Source: Shigella phage CT01
Reading direction: 5' to 3' (one strand)
Sequence record: OK018184
Length of the DNA: 64,000 nucleotides
Shown: positions 46,838 to 64,000 of the stretch, one piece after another
Layout: each line of letters begins with the position of its first letter
Position numbering within the stretch: position 1 is the first letter of the stretch
Program-made: the position numbers and the translations under genes
Notes under the pieces: generated by a model
Told to the model about the DNA's origin: nothing
Seen by the model: only the letters and a program-made list of their open reading frames with translations
The model's database searches: none

Positions 46838-48820
46838 ATGGCAAATACCCCTGTAAATTATCAATTAACAAGAACAGCAAATGCTATTCCCGAGATATTC
46901 GTCGGGGGTACATTTGCTGAAATAAAACAAAACCTCATTGAATGGCTTAATGGTCAAAATGAATTTTTGGATTATGATTTTGAAGGCTCAAGATTAAACG
47001 TTCTGTGTGACCTTTTAGCTTATAATACATTATATATTCAGCAGTTTGGTAATGCTGCCGTATATGAAAGCTTTATGCGTACTGCTAACTTACGTAGTTC
47101 AGTAGTTCAAGCGGCACAAGATAATGGATATTTACCTACTTCAAAATCAGCTGCTCAAACTGAAATTATGCTAACTTGCACAGACGCATTGAATAGAAAT
47201 TACATTACTATTCCTCGTGGTACTCGCTTTTTAGCATATGCAAAAGATACTTCCGTTAATCCTTATAACTTTGTATCTACTGAAGATGTTATTGCTATTC
47301 GCGATAAAAATAACCAATATTTTCCGCGTTTAAAATTAGCCCAAGGACGTATAGTAAGAACTGAAATCATTTATGATAAATTAACACCTATTATCATTTA
47401 TGACAAAAATATAGATAGAAACCAAGTTAAACTATACGTTGATGGAGCAGAATGGATTAACTGGACAAGAAAGTCAATGGTTCATGCTGGTTCTACATCA
47501 ACAATTTACTACATGCGTGAAACTATTGATGGAAATACTGAATTTTATTTTGGTGAAGGTGAGATTTCCGTTAATGCGGCAGAAGGAGCATTGACCGCTA
47601 ATTATATTGGAGGTCTTAAACCTACCCAGAACTCTACGATTGTTATTGAGTACATCAGTACTAACGGTGCAGATGCGAATGGCGCAGTCGGATTTTCATA
47701 TGCAGATACATTAACAAATATAACTGTCATCAATATTAATGAAAATCCAAACGACGACCCAGATTTCGTTGGAGCAGACGGCGGTGGTGACCCAGAAGAT
47801 ATTGAGCGTATTCGCGAATTGGGTACTATTAAACGCGAAACCCAACAACGCTGCGTAACTGCGACTGATTATGATACATTCGTTTCAGAGAGATTTGGTT
47901 CTATTATTCAAGCAGTTCAAACTTTCACTGATTCTACAAAACCCGGTTATGCATTTATTGCTGCTAAACCTAAATCAGGTCTGTATTTAACTACTGTACA
48001 GCGTGAAGATATTAAAAATTATCTCAAAGACTATAATTTAGCTCCTATTACACCATCAATTATTTCTCCTAATTACCTTTTTATTAAGACTAATTTAAAA
48101 GTCACATATGCTTTAAATAAGCTGCAAGAATCCGAACAGTGGCTCGAAGGTCAAATAATTGATAAAATTGATCGTTATTATACCGAAGATGTAGAAATTT
48201 TTAACTCATCTTTCGCTAAATCTAAGATGTTGACATATGTAGATGATGCAGATCATTCTATCATTGGCTCATCAGCGACAATTCAAATTGTTCGTGAAGT
48301 ACAAAACTTCTATAAAACGCCTGAAGCAGGTATTAAATACAATAATCAAATAAAAGACCGTTCTATGGAATCTAATACGTTTTCATTTAATTCTGGACGA
48401 AAGGTTGTAAATCCTGATACTGGTTTAGAAGAAGATGTATTATATGACGTTCGTATAGTATCAACAGACCGAGATTCTAAAGGAATTGGTAAAGTTATTA
48501 TTGGTCCATTTGCTTCGGGTGATGTTACAGAAAATAAAAACATTCGTCCATATACAGGCAACGATTTTAATAAATTAGCAAATTCTAGTGGACGCGACAA
48601 ATACTATGTTATCGGTGAAATAAATTATCCAGCTGATATGATTTATTGGAATATCGCTAAAATTAATTTAACATCCGATAAATTTGAGGTTCAGACTATT
48701 GAGCTATATTCTGATCCAATAGACGATGTTATTTTCACACGCGATGGTTCACTGATTGTATTTGAAAATGATTTACGTCCACAATACTTAACTATCGATT
48801 TGGAGCCTATATCACAATGA
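46838..48820 (+). CDS. 6: gp6 baseplate wedge protein
   Basis: 660 aa at the gp6 position. Confidence 0.8.
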   Translation: MANTPVNYQLTRTANAIPEIFVGGTFAEIKQNLIEWLNGQNEFLDYDFEGSRLNVLCDLLAYNTLYIQQFGNAAVYESFMRTANLRSSVVQAAQDNGYLPTSKSAAQTEIMLTCTDALNRNYITIPRGTRFLAYAKDTSVNPYNFVSTEDVIAIRDKNNQYFPRLKLAQGRIVRTEIIYDKLTPIIIYDKNIDRNQVKLYVDGAEWINWTRKSMVHAGSTSTIYYMRETIDGNTEFYFGEGEISVNAAEGALTANYIGGLKPTQNSTIVIEYISTNGADANGAVGFSYADTLTNITVININENPNDDPDFVGADGGGDPEDIERIRELGTIKRETQQRCVTATDYDTFVSERFGSIIQAVQTFTDSTKPGYAFIAAKPKSGLYLTTVQREDIKNYLKDYNLAPITPSIISPNYLFIKTNLKVTYALNKLQESEQWLEGQIIDKIDRYYTEDVEIFNSSFAKSKMLTYVDDADHSIIGSSATIQIVREVQNFYKTPEAGIKYNNQIKDRSMESNTFSFNSGRKVVNPDTGLEEDVLYDVRIVSTDRDSKGIGKVIIGPFASGDVTENKNIRPYTGNDFNKLANSSGRDKYYVIGEINYPADMIYWNIAKINLTSDKFEVQTIELYSDPIDDVIFTRDGSLIVFENDLRPQYLTIDLEPISQ

Positions 48821-51800
48821 CAGTAAAAGCACCTTCAGTCACTAGTCTCAGAATTTCCAAGTTATCCGCAAATCAGGTGCAAGTACGCTGGGATGACGTT
48901 GGTGCTAATTTCTACTATTTTGTAGAAATCGCTGAGACAAAAACAAACTCGGGGGAAAATCTCCCGAGCAATCAATACAGATGGATTAACTTAGGATATA
49001 CTGCAAATAACAGCTTCTTTTTTGATAATGCTGACCCATTGACATCATACGTTATTAGAGTAGCTACAGCTGCACAGGATTTTGAGCAGTCTGATTGGAT
49101 TTATACCGAAGAGTTTGAAACTTTTGCTACAAACGCTTATACATTTCAAAACATGATTGAAATGCAATTAGCTAATAAATTCATTCAGGAAAAATTTACT
49201 CTTAATAATTCTGACTATGTTAATTTTAATAATGACACTATAATGGCTGCATTGATGAATGAATCATTCCAGTTCAGCCCATCATATGCTGATGTTTCAT
49301 CAATAAGTAATTTTATTATTGGTGAAAATGAGTATCATGAAATACAAGGTTCTATTCAGCAAGTATGTAAGGATATTAATCGAGTTTATTTGATGGAATC
49401 AGAAGGGATTCTATATCTTTTTGAGCGTTATCAACCTGTAGTTAAAGTATCCAATGATAAAGGTCAAACCTGGAAAGCTGTAAAGCTCTTCAATGACCGT
49501 GTAGGATATCCTTTATCTAAGACTGTATATTACCAATCTGCGAGCACAACATACGTTCTAGGATACGACAAGATTTTCTATGGCCGCAAATCTACTGATG
49601 TTAGATGGTCAGCTGATGGTGTCAGATTTAGTTCGCAGGATATAACATTCGCTAAACTTGGTGATCAACTTCATTTGGGATTTGATGTTGAAATCTTTGG
49701 TACTTATGCTACATTACCTGCAAATGTGTATCGTATAGCTGAAGCTATTACTTGCACCGATGATTACATTTACGTTGTCGCCAGAGACAAAGTTAGATAC
49801 ATAAAAACGAGTAATGCACCTATAGATTCTGATCCATTATCTCCAACATATTCGGAAAGACTTTTTGAACCTGATACAATGACTATAACCGGAAATCCTA
49901 AAGCAGTATGCTATAAAATGGATTCTATCGGTGATAAAGTTTTTGCTCTTATTATTGGTGAAGTTGAAACATTAAATGCTAATCCTAGAACATCAAAAAT
50001 AATTGATTCTGATGATAAAGGAATATACGTTTTAAATCATGATACAAAAACGTGGAAAAGAGTTTTTGGCAACACTGAAGAAGAAAGAAGACGTATTCAA
50101 CCTGGATATGCGAATATGTCAACTGATGGTAAATTAGTTTCTCTGTCTTCGAGTAATTTTAAATTTTTAAGTGATAACATTGTTAATGACCCTGAAACTG
50201 CAGCGAAATATCAGTTAATCGGTGCTGTTAAATATGAATTTCCTCGCGAATGGTTAGCTGATAAGCATTATCATATGATGGCATTTATAGCAGATGAAAA
50301 ATCTGATTGGGAAACTTTTACGCCTCAACCGATGAAATATTATGCAGAACCATTCTTTAACTGGTCTAAAAAATCTAACACACGTTGTTGGATAAACAAC
50401 TCTGACAGAGCTGTAGTAGTTTATGCTGATTTAAAATACACTAAAGTTATAGAAAATATTCCGGAAACATCGCCAGATAGATTAGTTCATGAATACTGGG
50501 ATGATGGTGATTGCACGATAGTAATGCCAAATGTTAAATTCACGGGATTTAAAAAATATGCGTCTGGGATGCTTTTTTATAAATCTTCTGGTGAAATAAT
50601 TTCTTACTATGATTTTAACTATCGAGTGAGAGACACGGTTGAAATAATTTGGAAGCCAACTGGAATATTTTTAAAAGCATTTTTACAAAACCAAGAGCGT
50701 GAAACTCCTTGGTCACCAGAAGAAGAGCATGGATTAGCTGACCCTGATTTAAGACCATTGATTGGCACAATGATGCCTGATTCTTATTTACTACAAGATT
50801 CGAATTTTGAGGCATTTTGCGAAGCATATATTCAATATCTTTCTGATGGATATGGAACTCAGTATAACAATTTACGAAATTTAATTCGTAACAAATATCC
50901 ACGAGAAGAGCATGCATGGGAATATTTGTGGTCAGAGATATATAAAAGAAACATTTATTTAAATGCTGACAAACGTGATGCTGTTGCAAGATTTTTTGAA
51001 TCACGTAGCTATGATTTTTATTCTACTAAAGGAATTGAAGCATCATACAAATTTCTTTTTAAAGTTCTTTATAATGAAGAAGTTGAAATTGAAATTGAAT
51101 CTGGGGCTGGTACTGAATATGATATAATCATTCAATCTGATTCTTTGACTGAAGACTTAGTAGGACAAACGATTTATACAGCTACAGGAAGATGTAATGT
51201 TACTTATATAGAAAGAAGTTATTCTAACGGTAAATTGCAATGGACTGTAACTATTCATAATCTTTTGGGAAGATTAATTGCCGGTCAAGAAGTTAAAGCA
51301 GAAAGACTCCCTAGTTTTGAAGGCGAAATTATTCGCGGGGTTAAAGGAAAGGATTTGCTTCAAAATAATATAGACTATATTAATAGAAGTCGATCATATT
51401 ATGTAATGAAAATTAAATCCAATTTACCTTCTTCCCGCTGGAAATCTGACGTTATTCGTTTTGTTCATCCAGTAGGATTTGGATTTATAGCAATTACTCT
51501 TTTAACAATGTTTATTAATGTCGGTTTAACTCTTAAACATACAGAGACTATAATTAATAAATACAAAAACTACAAGTGGGATTCTGGATTGCCTACTGAA
51601 TATGCTGATAGAGTAGCTAAATTAACTCCAACTGGTGAAATTGAACATGATTCAGTAACAGGAGAAGCAATTTATGAACCTGGCCCAATGGCTGGTGTAA
51701 AATATCCTCTTCCTAATGACTATAATGCTGAAAATAATAATTCAATATTTCAAGGTCAATTGCCTTCTGAACGACGCAAGTTAATGAGTCCTCTATTTGA

Positions 51801-51915
51801 CGCATCTGGAACAACATTTGCACAGTTTAGGGATTTAGTTAATAAACGTCTAAAAGATAATATAGGAAATCCAAGAGACCCTGAAAATCCAACACAGGTT
51901 AAAATAGATGAATGA
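48817..51915 (+). CDS. 7: gp7 baseplate wedge protein
   Basis: 1032 aa; ATGA overlap with gp6. Confidence 0.8.
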   Translation: MTVKAPSVTSLRISKLSANQVQVRWDDVGANFYYFVEIAETKTNSGENLPSNQYRWINLGYTANNSFFFDNADPLTSYVIRVATAAQDFEQSDWIYTEEFETFATNAYTFQNMIEMQLANKFIQEKFTLNNSDYVNFNNDTIMAALMNESFQFSPSYADVSSISNFIIGENEYHEIQGSIQQVCKDINRVYLMESEGILYLFERYQPVVKVSNDKGQTWKAVKLFNDRVGYPLSKTVYYQSASTTYVLGYDKIFYGRKSTDVRWSADGVRFSSQDITFAKLGDQLHLGFDVEIFGTYATLPANVYRIAEAITCTDDYIYVVARDKVRYIKTSNAPIDSDPLSPTYSERLFEPDTMTITGNPKAVCYKMDSIGDKVFALIIGEVETLNANPRTSKIIDSDDKGIYVLNHDTKTWKRVFGNTEEERRRIQPGYANMSTDGKLVSLSSSNFKFLSDNIVNDPETAAKYQLIGAVKYEFPREWLADKHYHMMAFIADEKSDWETFTPQPMKYYAEPFFNWSKKSNTRCWINNSDRAVVVYADLKYTKVIENIPETSPDRLVHEYWDDGDCTIVMPNVKFTGFKKYASGMLFYKSSGEIISYYDFNYRVRDTVEIIWKPTGIFLKAFLQNQERETPWSPEEEHGLADPDLRPLIGTMMPDSYLLQDSNFEAFCEAYIQYLSDGYGTQYNNLRNLIRNKYPREEHAWEYLWSEIYKRNIYLNADKRDAVARFFESRSYDFYSTKGIEASYKFLFKVLYNEEVEIEIESGAGTEYDIIIQSDSLTEDLVGQTIYTATGRCNVTYIERSYSNGKLQWTVTIHNLLGRLIAGQEVKAERLPSFEGEIIRGVKGKDLLQNNIDYINRSRSYYVMKIKSNLPSSRWKSDVIRFVHPVGFGFIAITLLTMFINVGLTLKHTETIINKYKNYKWDSGLPTEYADRVAKLTPTGEIEHDSVTGEAIYEPGPMAGVKYPLPNDYNAENNNSIFQGQLPSERRKLMSPLFDASGTTFAQFRDLVNKRLKDNIGNPRDPENPTQVKIDE

Positions 51916-52912
51916 TTCAAGTGTTATCTATCGTGCGATAGTTACTTCAAAATTTAGAACAGAAAAAATGTTGAATTTTTATAATTCAATTGGAAGTGGT
52001 CCGGATAAAAACACTATCTTTATTACATTTGGAAGATCAGAACCGTGGTCATCAAACGAAAATGAGGTGGGATTTGCCCCACCTTATCCCACTGATTCTG
52101 TGTTAGGTGTAACTGACATGTGGACTCATATGATGGGAACCGTAAAGGTTCTTCCATCTATGCTTGATGCAGTTATTCCTCGTAGAGATTGGGGAGATAC
52201 TAGATATCCGGATCCATACACATTTAGAATTAACGATATTGTAGTGTGTAACTCAGCTCCTTACAATGCTACCGAATCAGGTGCAGGTTGGTTAGTATAT
52301 CGTTGTTTAGATGTTCCTGATACAGGAGTGTGCTCAATTGAGTCTTTAACTAATAAGGATGAATGCCTTAAGCTAGGTGGAAAATGGACTCCTTCTGTTA
52401 GGTCAATGACTCCTCCTGAAGGTCGAGGAGACGCGGAAGGAACAATCGAACCTGGAGACGGGTATGTATGGGAATATCTTTTTGAGATTCCGCCTGATGT
52501 ATCTATAAACAGATGCACAAATGAATATATCGTCGTTCCTTGGCCCGAGGAATTAAAAGAAGACCCGACTAGATGGGGGTATGAAGACAACCTCACTTGG
52601 CAGCAAGATGATTTTGGATTAATTTACCGGGTTAAGGCAAATACTATTCGTTTTAAAGCATACTTAGATTCAGTTTATTTTCCTGAAGCTGCATTGCCAG
52701 GAAATAAAGGATTTAGACAAATATCGATAATCACAAATCCTCTTGAAGCTAAAGTTCATCCAAATGACCCAAACGTTAAAGCTGAAAAGGATTACTATGA
52801 TCCGGAAGATTTAATGAGGCATTCGGGCGAAATGATTTATATGGAAAATAGGCCACCTATTATTATGGCAATGGATCAAACAGAAGAAATCAATATTCTG
52901 TTTACATTTTAA
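51908..52912 (+). CDS. 8: gp8 baseplate wedge protein
   Basis: 334 aa; 8-nt overlap with gp7. Confidence 0.8.
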   Translation: MNDSSVIYRAIVTSKFRTEKMLNFYNSIGSGPDKNTIFITFGRSEPWSSNENEVGFAPPYPTDSVLGVTDMWTHMMGTVKVLPSMLDAVIPRRDWGDTRYPDPYTFRINDIVVCNSAPYNATESGAGWLVYRCLDVPDTGVCSIESLTNKDECLKLGGKWTPSVRSMTPPEGRGDAEGTIEPGDGYVWEYLFEIPPDVSINRCTNEYIVVPWPEELKEDPTRWGYEDNLTWQQDDFGLIYRVKANTIRFKAYLDSVYFPEAALPGNKGFRQISIITNPLEAKVHPNDPNVKAEKDYYDPEDLMRHSGEMIYMENRPPIIMAMDQTEEINILFTF

Positions 52913-52917
52913 ATTAA

Positions 52918-52945
52918 GGGAGCCCATGGGCTCCCTTTTTCTTTA
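52918..52945 (+). terminator. intrinsic terminator after gp8
   Basis: GGGAGCCC/GGGCTCCC stem-loop followed by TTTTTCTTT. Confidence 0.65.
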
Positions 52946-52951
52946 TAAATA
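52944..52951 (+). promoter_or_regulatory. late promoter TATAAATA for gp9
   Basis: Exact TATAAATA about 25 nt upstream of the gp9 ATG. Confidence 0.55.
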
Positions 52952-52975
52952 CTATAAACTCATAAGGAAACCGCT

Positions 52976-53842
52976 ATGTTCATTCAAGAACCAAAGAAAT
53001 TGATTGATACCGGCGAAATTGGTAACGCTTCTACTGGTGATATCTTATTCGACGGTGGTAATAAAATTAATAGTGATTTTAACGCAATTTATAACGCGTT
53101 TGGCGATCAGCGTAAAATGGCAGTAGCAAATGGCACTGGTGCTAACGGCCAAATTATCCATGCTACTGGATATTATCAAAAGCATTCTATCGCAGAGTAC
53201 GCAACTCCGGTGAAAGTTGGTACTAGACATGATATTGATACCTCTACTGTTGGTGTTAAAGTTATCATTGAAAGAGGCGAACTTGGCGACTGCGTTGAAT
53301 TTATTAACTCAAATGGATCAATATCAGTTACTAATCCTTTAACGATTCAAGCTATTGATTCAATTAAAGGCGTTTCAGGTAATTTGGTAGTAACTAGCCC
53401 ATATAGTAAAGTTACTTTACGTTGTATTTCATCTGATAATTCTACGTCAGTTTGGAATTATTCTATTGAAAGTATGTTTGGCCAAAAGGAATCACCGGCC
53501 GAAGGTACATGGAATATTTCTACGTCTGGATCAGTTGACATTCCGCTATTTCATCGTACTGAATATAACATGGCTAAATTGTTAGTTACATGCCAATCAG
53601 TAGATGGAAGAAAAATTAAAACAGCAGAAATAAATATTCTTGTAGATACTGTTAATTCAGAGGTCATTTCTTCTGAATATGCTGTCATGCGAGTTGGGAA
53701 TGAAACCGAAGAAGACGAAATCGCTAATATTGCATTTAGTATTAAAACAAATTATGTAACAGCGACTATAAGTTCTTCAACTGTCGGTATGAGAGCAGCA
53801 GTTAAAGTTATCGCTACGCAGAAAATCGGGGTGGCTCAATAA
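52976..53842 (+). CDS. 9: gp9 baseplate protein (long tail fibre socket)
   Basis: 288 aa at the gp9 position. Confidence 0.8.
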   Translation: MFIQEPKKLIDTGEIGNASTGDILFDGGNKINSDFNAIYNAFGDQRKMAVANGTGANGQIIHATGYYQKHSIAEYATPVKVGTRHDIDTSTVGVKVIIERGELGDCVEFINSNGSISVTNPLTIQAIDSIKGVSGNLVVTSPYSKVTLRCISSDNSTSVWNYSIESMFGQKESPAEGTWNISTSGSVDIPLFHRTEYNMAKLLVTCQSVDGRKIKTAEINILVDTVNSEVISSEYAVMRVGNETEEDEIANIAFSIKTNYVTATISSSTVGMRAAVKVIATQKIGVAQ

Positions 53843-55647
53843 TGAAACAAAATATTAATATCGGTAATGTTGTTGATGATGGTACCGGTGACTACCTGCG
53901 TAAAGGTGGTATAAAAATAAATGAAAACTTTGATGAACTTTATTATGAACTTGGCGATGGAGATGTTCCATATTCAGCCGGTGCCTGGAAAACTTATAAT
54001 GCTTCATCTGGACAAACACTAACGGCAGAATGGGGAAAATCATACGCTATTAATACCTCTTCTGGAAGAGTAACTTTACAACTTCCTAAAGGAACTGTTA
54101 ATGATTATAATAAAGTAATTAGAGCTAGGGATGTATTTGCAACATGGAACATCAATCCAGTTACTTTAGTAGCTGCTTCTGGAGATACAATTAAAGGGTC
54201 GTCATCATCGGTTGAAATTAATACTCAATTTAGTGATTTAGAGCTCGTTTATTGCGCTCCAGGACGTTGGGAATATGTCAAAAACAAACAAATTGACAAA
54301 ATTGTTAGTTCAGATATTAGTAATGTAGCTCGCAAAGAATTTTTAGTTGAAGTTCAAGGACAAACTGACTTTTTAGATGTTTTCAATGGAACTAGTTATA
54401 ATGTCAATAACATCAGAGTAAAACATCGTGGTAACGAATTATATTACGGCGATGTATTTAGTGAAAACAGTGACTTTGGCTCTCCAGGGGAAAATGAAGG
54501 AGAACTAATTCCTCTCGATGGATTTAATATTAGGCTAAGACAGCCATGTAATATTGGTGACACCGTTCAAATTGAAACATTTATGGATGGTGTATCACAA
54601 TGGAGAAGTTCATATACTAGACGCCAAATAAAAGTACTAGATTCAAAACTAACATCAAAGACTTCTTTAGAAGGAAGCATTTATGTTACTGATTTATCGG
54701 CGATGAAATCAATTCCATTTTCTGCATTTGGATTAATTCCTGGTGAACCTATTAATCCTAATTCTCTTGAAGTTCGTTTTAATGGAATTTTACAGCAACA
54801 AGCTGGAACAGCTGGATATCCTCTGTTTTTGTGTGAAGGCGCTAGTTCAGATACACAAGAAGGTTGTATATCTCTTGGTGGTGAATGGAAAGAATCAAAC
54901 ACAGATTATTCTATAGAATATGAAGATGGAAAACCTACCAGTCTTTTATTTGATAGAAAATTTGAATCAGGTGATATAATCGTTATAACGTGGTTCAATA
55001 ATGATTTAGGAACTCTTTTAGAAAAAGATGACATCATTGAATTGACTGATGACCGTTATGTTAGTAAAGGATCATCTACCGAAGTTACTGGTGATGTAGC
55101 CTTAACGGATTTTGATAAAATCGGTTGGCCAAATGTTGAAAAAGTTGATTCTTATACTAGAACGTATAATTCAATATCATCTATTTTCGATAGCATTTAT
55201 CCTGTAGGTTCAATTTATGAAAATGCTATAAATCCAAATAATCCGGCGACTTATATGGGATTTGGTTCATGGAAATTATTTGGTAAAGGACGGGTTTTAG
55301 TAGGATGGAATGATGATGTTACGGATCCAAACTTTGCTTTAAACAATAATGATTTAGATTCTAGCGGAAATCCTTCACATACTGCCGGTGGTACAGTTGG
55401 AACAACATCAGTAACGCTTGAAAACGCAAATCTTCCTGCAACTAAAACCGACGAAAGAGTTTTAATTGAAGATGAAAATGGATCGGTTATTATTGGAGGT
55501 TGCCAATATGACCCAGATGAAACTGGTCCTATATATACAAAATATCGTGAAGACTACGCAACAACAAACTCTTCACATACTCCTCCTGCTAATATTAGTA
55601 ATATTCAACCGTCTATTACTGTATACCGTTGGATAAGGATTGCATAA
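53842..55647 (+). CDS. 10: gp10 baseplate wedge protein
   Basis: 601 aa; TAATG coupling to gp11. Confidence 0.8.
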   Translation: MKQNINIGNVVDDGTGDYLRKGGIKINENFDELYYELGDGDVPYSAGAWKTYNASSGQTLTAEWGKSYAINTSSGRVTLQLPKGTVNDYNKVIRARDVFATWNINPVTLVAASGDTIKGSSSSVEINTQFSDLELVYCAPGRWEYVKNKQIDKIVSSDISNVARKEFLVEVQGQTDFLDVFNGTSYNVNNIRVKHRGNELYYGDVFSENSDFGSPGENEGELIPLDGFNIRLRQPCNIGDTVQIETFMDGVSQWRSSYTRRQIKVLDSKLTSKTSLEGSIYVTDLSAMKSIPFSAFGLIPGEPINPNSLEVRFNGILQQQAGTAGYPLFLCEGASSDTQEGCISLGGEWKESNTDYSIEYEDGKPTSLLFDRKFESGDIIVITWFNNDLGTLLEKDDIIELTDDRYVSKGSSTEVTGDVALTDFDKIGWPNVEKVDSYTRTYNSISSIFDSIYPVGSIYENAINPNNPATYMGFGSWKLFGKGRVLVGWNDDVTDPNFALNNNDLDSSGNPSHTAGGTVGTTSVTLENANLPATKTDERVLIEDENGSVIIGGCQYDPDETGPIYTKYREDYATTNSSHTPPANISNIQPSITVYRWIRIA

Positions 55648-56306
55648 TGAGTTTACTTAATAATAAAGCGGGAGTTATTTCCCGCTTAGCAGATTTTCTT
55701 GGTTTTAGAACTAAGAAAAATGATATTTCGGTTATGAATAATCAGCCAGTAGGTGCTGTAACAATTTCACAAATAGCAAAAGGTTTTTATGACCCAAATG
55801 TAGAATCTGCTATCAATGATGTTAGAAATATGGCAGAGCAACAGGTTGGAGCTGTATTAGTTAATATAAGCGGCGTATCTCCTACTGGTGTGCAGCAAAC
55901 AGACTATTGGTCATTTGAAGGAACTGTTACTGATACTTCAGCCAAACCAGGTGACCCAGTTATTGTTAACATGTTTGGTATTCCAGTTAAAGCTACTAAC
56001 GGAATGACTTCAATCGAATTTACCAGTGCCGTTAGAACAGCTCTACAGGAAATGGTTGCAAAATTTATTGCAATTGATTCATTTGAAGACCATCCTACAA
56101 TAGGAAATAAAATACAAGTTAAGTATTTAGATAACCAGGAACATATCTTAGAACAATACTCTGATAAAGGAATTACTTTCAAACAAGAAATAATTTCTCC
56201 TTCTAAACCTGGATACGGAACTTGGCAATTATTAGGTGCGCAAACTGTTACGCTAGATAGTCACACACAACCTACGGTATTTTATTATTTTGAGAGAATA
56301 GCATGA
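55647..56306 (+). CDS. 11: gp11 baseplate wedge protein (short tail fibre attachment)
   Basis: 219 aa from the ATG at 55647, [20 protein letters not shown]. Confidence 0.8.
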   Translation: MSLLNNKAGVISRLADFLGFRTKKNDISVMNNQPVGAVTISQIAKGFYDPNVESAINDVRNMAEQQVGAVLVNISGVSPTGVQQTDYWSFEGTVTDTSAKPGDPVIVNMFGIPVKATNGMTSIEFTSAVRTALQEMVAKFIAIDSFEDHPTIGNKIQVKYLDNQEHILEQYSDKGITFKQEIISPSKPGYGTWQLLGAQTVTLDSHTQPTVFYYFERIA

Positions 56307-57853
56307 GTAACAATACATATCAGCACGTATCAAATGAATCAAAATATGTTAAATTCGATCCAGTAGGATCGAATTTTCCTGACACTGTCACGACAGTGCA
56401 GTCTGCATTATCAAAAATAAGTAATATCGGCGTAAATGGTATTCCTGATGCAACTATGGAAGTTAAAGGAATAGCAATGATTGCGTCAGAGCAAGAGGTT
56501 TTAGATGGAACTAATAATTCTAAAATCGTTACACCAGCTACATTAGCAACAAGATTATTGTATCCAAATGCTACTGAAACTAAGTATGGTTTAACGCGCT
56601 ATTCAACAAATGAAGAAACATTAGAAGGCTCAGATAATAATTCATCAATAACGCCGCAAAAACTGAAATACCATACTGACGATGTGTTCCAAAATAGATA
56701 TTCGTCTGAGTCATCAAACGGGGTTATTAAAATATCATCTACACCTGCAGCTTTAGCTGGAGTTGATGATACTACGGCAATGACTCCATTAAAAACACAA
56801 AAACTTGCAATAAAATTAATTTCACAAATAGCTCCTTCCGAAGATACTGCATCAGAATCTGTGAGAGGTGTAGTTCAATTATCTACTGTTGCGCAAACTC
56901 GTCAAGGAACTCTCCGCGAAGGATATGCAATTTCTCCGTATACCTTTATGAATTCTGTTGCAACACAAGAATATAAGGGTGTTATACGTTTAGGAACACA
57001 ATCGGAAATTAACAGTAATTTGGGAGATGTTGCAGTAACGGGTGAAACACTAAATGGTCGAGGAGCTACTGGTTCTATGCGTGGAGTAGTTAAATTAACG
57101 ACGCAAGCCGGTATTGCCCCTGAAGGTGATAGCTCTGGTGCATTAGCATGGAACGCAGATGTAATTAATACTCGTGGTGGACAAACTATTAATGGTTCTT
57201 TAAATTTAGACCATCTTACAGCAAACGGAATTTGGTCGCGTGGTGGAATGTGGAAAAATGGCGATCAGCCAGTTGCCACTGAAAGATATGCGTCCGAAAG
57301 AATTCCAGTTGGGACTATTATGATGTTTGCAGGTGATTCAGCACCTCCTGGTTGGCTTATGTGCCATGGTGGAACCGTGTCAGGTGACCAATTTCCTGAT
57401 TATAGAAACGTAGTTGGAGGAAGATTTGGTGGGGATTGGAATAATCCAGGGATTCCTGATATGCGAGGTCTTTTCGTCAGAGGAGCCGGCACAGGCGGTC
57501 ATATTTTAAATCAACGTGGACAAGATGGCTATGGAAAGGATAGACTGGGCGTAGGATGTGACGGAATGCATGTTGGTGGTGTTCAGGCACAACAAATGTC
57601 ATACCATAAACATGCTGGTGGTTGGGGTGAATATAACAGAAGTGAAGGCCCATTTGGCGCGTCAGTTTATCAAGGATATCTTGGAACTAGAAAATATTCC
57701 GACTGGGATAATGCTTCATACTTCACTAATGATGGATTTGAATTAGGTGGACCGAGAGATGCTCATGGTACACTTAATCGTGAAGGATTAATTGGTTATG
57801 AAACTAGACCATGGAATATATCATTAAACTATATTATTAAAGTTCATTACTAA
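56303..57853 (+). CDS. 12: gp12 short tail fibre
   Basis: 516 aa at the gp12 position between gp11 and wac. Confidence 0.8.
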   Translation: MSNNTYQHVSNESKYVKFDPVGSNFPDTVTTVQSALSKISNIGVNGIPDATMEVKGIAMIASEQEVLDGTNNSKIVTPATLATRLLYPNATETKYGLTRYSTNEETLEGSDNNSSITPQKLKYHTDDVFQNRYSSESSNGVIKISSTPAALAGVDDTTAMTPLKTQKLAIKLISQIAPSEDTASESVRGVVQLSTVAQTRQGTLREGYAISPYTFMNSVATQEYKGVIRLGTQSEINSNLGDVAVTGETLNGRGATGSMRGVVKLTTQAGIAPEGDSSGALAWNADVINTRGGQTINGSLNLDHLTANGIWSRGGMWKNGDQPVATERYASERIPVGTIMMFAGDSAPPGWLMCHGGTVSGDQFPDYRNVVGGRFGGDWNNPGIPDMRGLFVRGAGTGGHILNQRGQDGYGKDRLGVGCDGMHVGGVQAQQMSYHKHAGGWGEYNRSEGPFGASVYQGYLGTRKYSDWDNASYFTNDGFELGGPRDAHGTLNREGLIGYETRPWNISLNYIIKVHY

Positions 57854-57862
57854 GGATTACAA

Positions 57863-59320
57863 ATGATTGAATTAAAAGAGTTACCTTTTGTTGATAGCGT
57901 TCCTGACGAAGGTCAGGAACGCATTTCATGGATTAAAAATGGTGAAGAAATATTAGGAGCTAGTACTAAGTATGGAAATGATGGATCAATGAATAGACCA
58001 ATTGTTTCCGTGTTTAAAAACGTCGAAGTTCTTGATGAAAATGTGGGAATTCTTAAAACTGCCATTGAAACATCACAGAAAGATATTAAAACAATTCAAG
58101 GAGTTTTAGACGTATCAGGAGATATAGAAGCGCTATCGCAGATCAGTGTTAATAAAAATGACATATCAAATTTAAAGACACTTACTAGTGAACACACTGA
58201 TATATTAACTGGAACTAATAATACAGTTGACAAAATTATTGCTGATATAGGTCCATTTAATGATGAAGAAAACTCTGTTTATAGAACAATTAGAAATGAT
58301 TTACTGTGGATTAAACAGGAATTAGGACAATATTCTGGCCAAGACATTAATGGTCTTCCTGTTGTTGGTAATGCTAGCACAGGAATGAAACACAGAATAA
58401 TAACAAATAGCACATTATTATCTTCACAAGGCATTCGTTTAAGCGAATTAGAAAATAAATTTACTGAATCTGACGTAGGATCATTAACTGTTGAAGTTGG
58501 TAAATTACGTGATGAACTTGGTAATAAACCGGTAGATTTTGGACCAAATATTTATAATAGATTAAACGCTATAGATGATAAACAAACTTTAATAAATTCT
58601 GATATAGCAGAAATTAAATCTTCTATTGGATACCCAGAAAATGTTTCTATAATAACAGAAATTAATAATAACAAAAGTAGCATTGAAGCTATTAATAATG
58701 AATTAAATCAGAGTGAAGGTGTTAAACAGCGCTTAACGGCTATTGAAACTTCTATCGGTTCAGATGATATTCCTTCTAGTATTAAAGGAAAAATTAAAAA
58801 TCACACAAATTCTATTGAGTCTTTAAACGGAATTGTTGGTGAAAACACTTCGTCTGGTTTAAGAGCGAATGTTTCGTGGTTAAATCAAATTGTTGGAACT
58901 GACTCCAGTGGAGGACAACCGTCTCCTTCTGGATCTCTATTAAATAAAGTTTCAGTGCTTGAAGGAGAAGTTTCAGTTTTAAACAATAATGTTCAAAATA
59001 TACAAGTTGAAATAGGAAATAATAGAACAGGAATTAAAGGTCAAGTTATTGAACTTACTTCACTTATAAATGGAAATAATCCTGACGGATCAACTGTTGA
59101 AGAACGAGGATTAACTAATTCTGTAAAAACGAATGAAACCAACATTGCGGCAGTCACACATGAAGTAAATACAGCTAAAGACAATATATCCTCTTTACAG
59201 AGCAGCGTTCAAGCTCTACAAGAAGCAGGTTATATTCCTGAAGCTCCAAAAGATGGCCAAGCTTACGTTCGTAAAGACGGCGAATGGGTACTACTTTCTA
59301 CCTTTTTATCACCAGCATAA
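57863..59320 (+). CDS. wac: fibritin (whisker protein)
   Basis: 485-aa coiled-coil protein ending [27 protein letters not shown], the foldon trimerization motif. Confidence 0.85.
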   Translation: MIELKELPFVDSVPDEGQERISWIKNGEEILGASTKYGNDGSMNRPIVSVFKNVEVLDENVGILKTAIETSQKDIKTIQGVLDVSGDIEALSQISVNKNDISNLKTLTSEHTDILTGTNNTVDKIIADIGPFNDEENSVYRTIRNDLLWIKQELGQYSGQDINGLPVVGNASTGMKHRIITNSTLLSSQGIRLSELENKFTESDVGSLTVEVGKLRDELGNKPVDFGPNIYNRLNAIDDKQTLINSDIAEIKSSIGYPENVSIITEINNNKSSIEAINNELNQSEGVKQRLTAIETSIGSDDIPSSIKGKIKNHTNSIESLNGIVGENTSSGLRANVSWLNQIVGTDSSGGQPSPSGSLLNKVSVLEGEVSVLNNNVQNIQVEIGNNRTGIKGQVIELTSLINGNNPDGSTVEERGLTNSVKTNETNIAAVTHEVNTAKDNISSLQSSVQALQEAGYIPEAPKDGQAYVRKDGEWVLLSTFLSPA

Positions 59321-59322
59321 CA

Positions 59323-59350
59323 TGGGGCCGCAAGGCCCCAAAGGATTTTT
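59323..59350 (+). terminator. terminator-like hairpin after wac
   Basis: TGGGGCC-GCAA-GGCCCCA stem-loop followed by AAGGATTTTT. Confidence 0.45.
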
Positions 59351-59352
59351 AA

Positions 59353-61054
<1,702 letters not shown>

Positions 61055-61095
61055 TAAATATTATAAACTAATTAAAGCCCAGATTAGGAGAAATC

Positions 61096-64000
<2,905 letters not shown>

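Overview
This window is a segment of a T4-like (T-even) myovirus genome, very close to phage T4 but not identical: lysozyme e differs from the T4 sequence at a few residues, nrdD is one uninterrupted 605-codon ORF (no intron), and the tRNA set includes Tyr and Asn. Positions 1-43660 carry early and middle genes almost entirely on the minus strand: gp46 (partial), gp47, alpha-glucosyltransferase, gp55, nrdH/nrdG/nrdD, endonuclease VII (gp49), nrdC, a long run of small accessory ORFs, rI, tk, regB, a GrcA-like glycyl-radical protein, ipIII, ipII, lysozyme e, a Nudix hydrolase, a tRNA cluster, an IPI-like internal protein, 57B (Acb1-like), 57A, and genes 1, 3, 2 and 4. Positions 43700-64000 carry late baseplate and tail genes on the plus strand: gp53, gp5, gp5.1, gp5.4, gp6 to gp12, wac, gp13 to gp16 and the start of gp17. 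Early genes are punctuated by T4-type early promoters and GC hairpin terminators, and late genes by TATAAATA motifs. The most unusual things seen directly in the sequence are three perfect tandem duplications (177 bp at the gp49 start, 146 bp at the start of an 87-aa gene, 576 bp inside the tRNA cluster) and a frameshift at a short repeat near 1610. Candidate accessory or counter-defence genes include a macro-domain protein, a Pol-beta-type nucleotidyltransferase next to an AAA+ ATPase, two tandem paralog arrays, and an extra internal-protein-like gene with a capsid-targeting leader. All gene calls rest on reading the six-frame translations, motifs and T4 synteny from memory; no database search was run.
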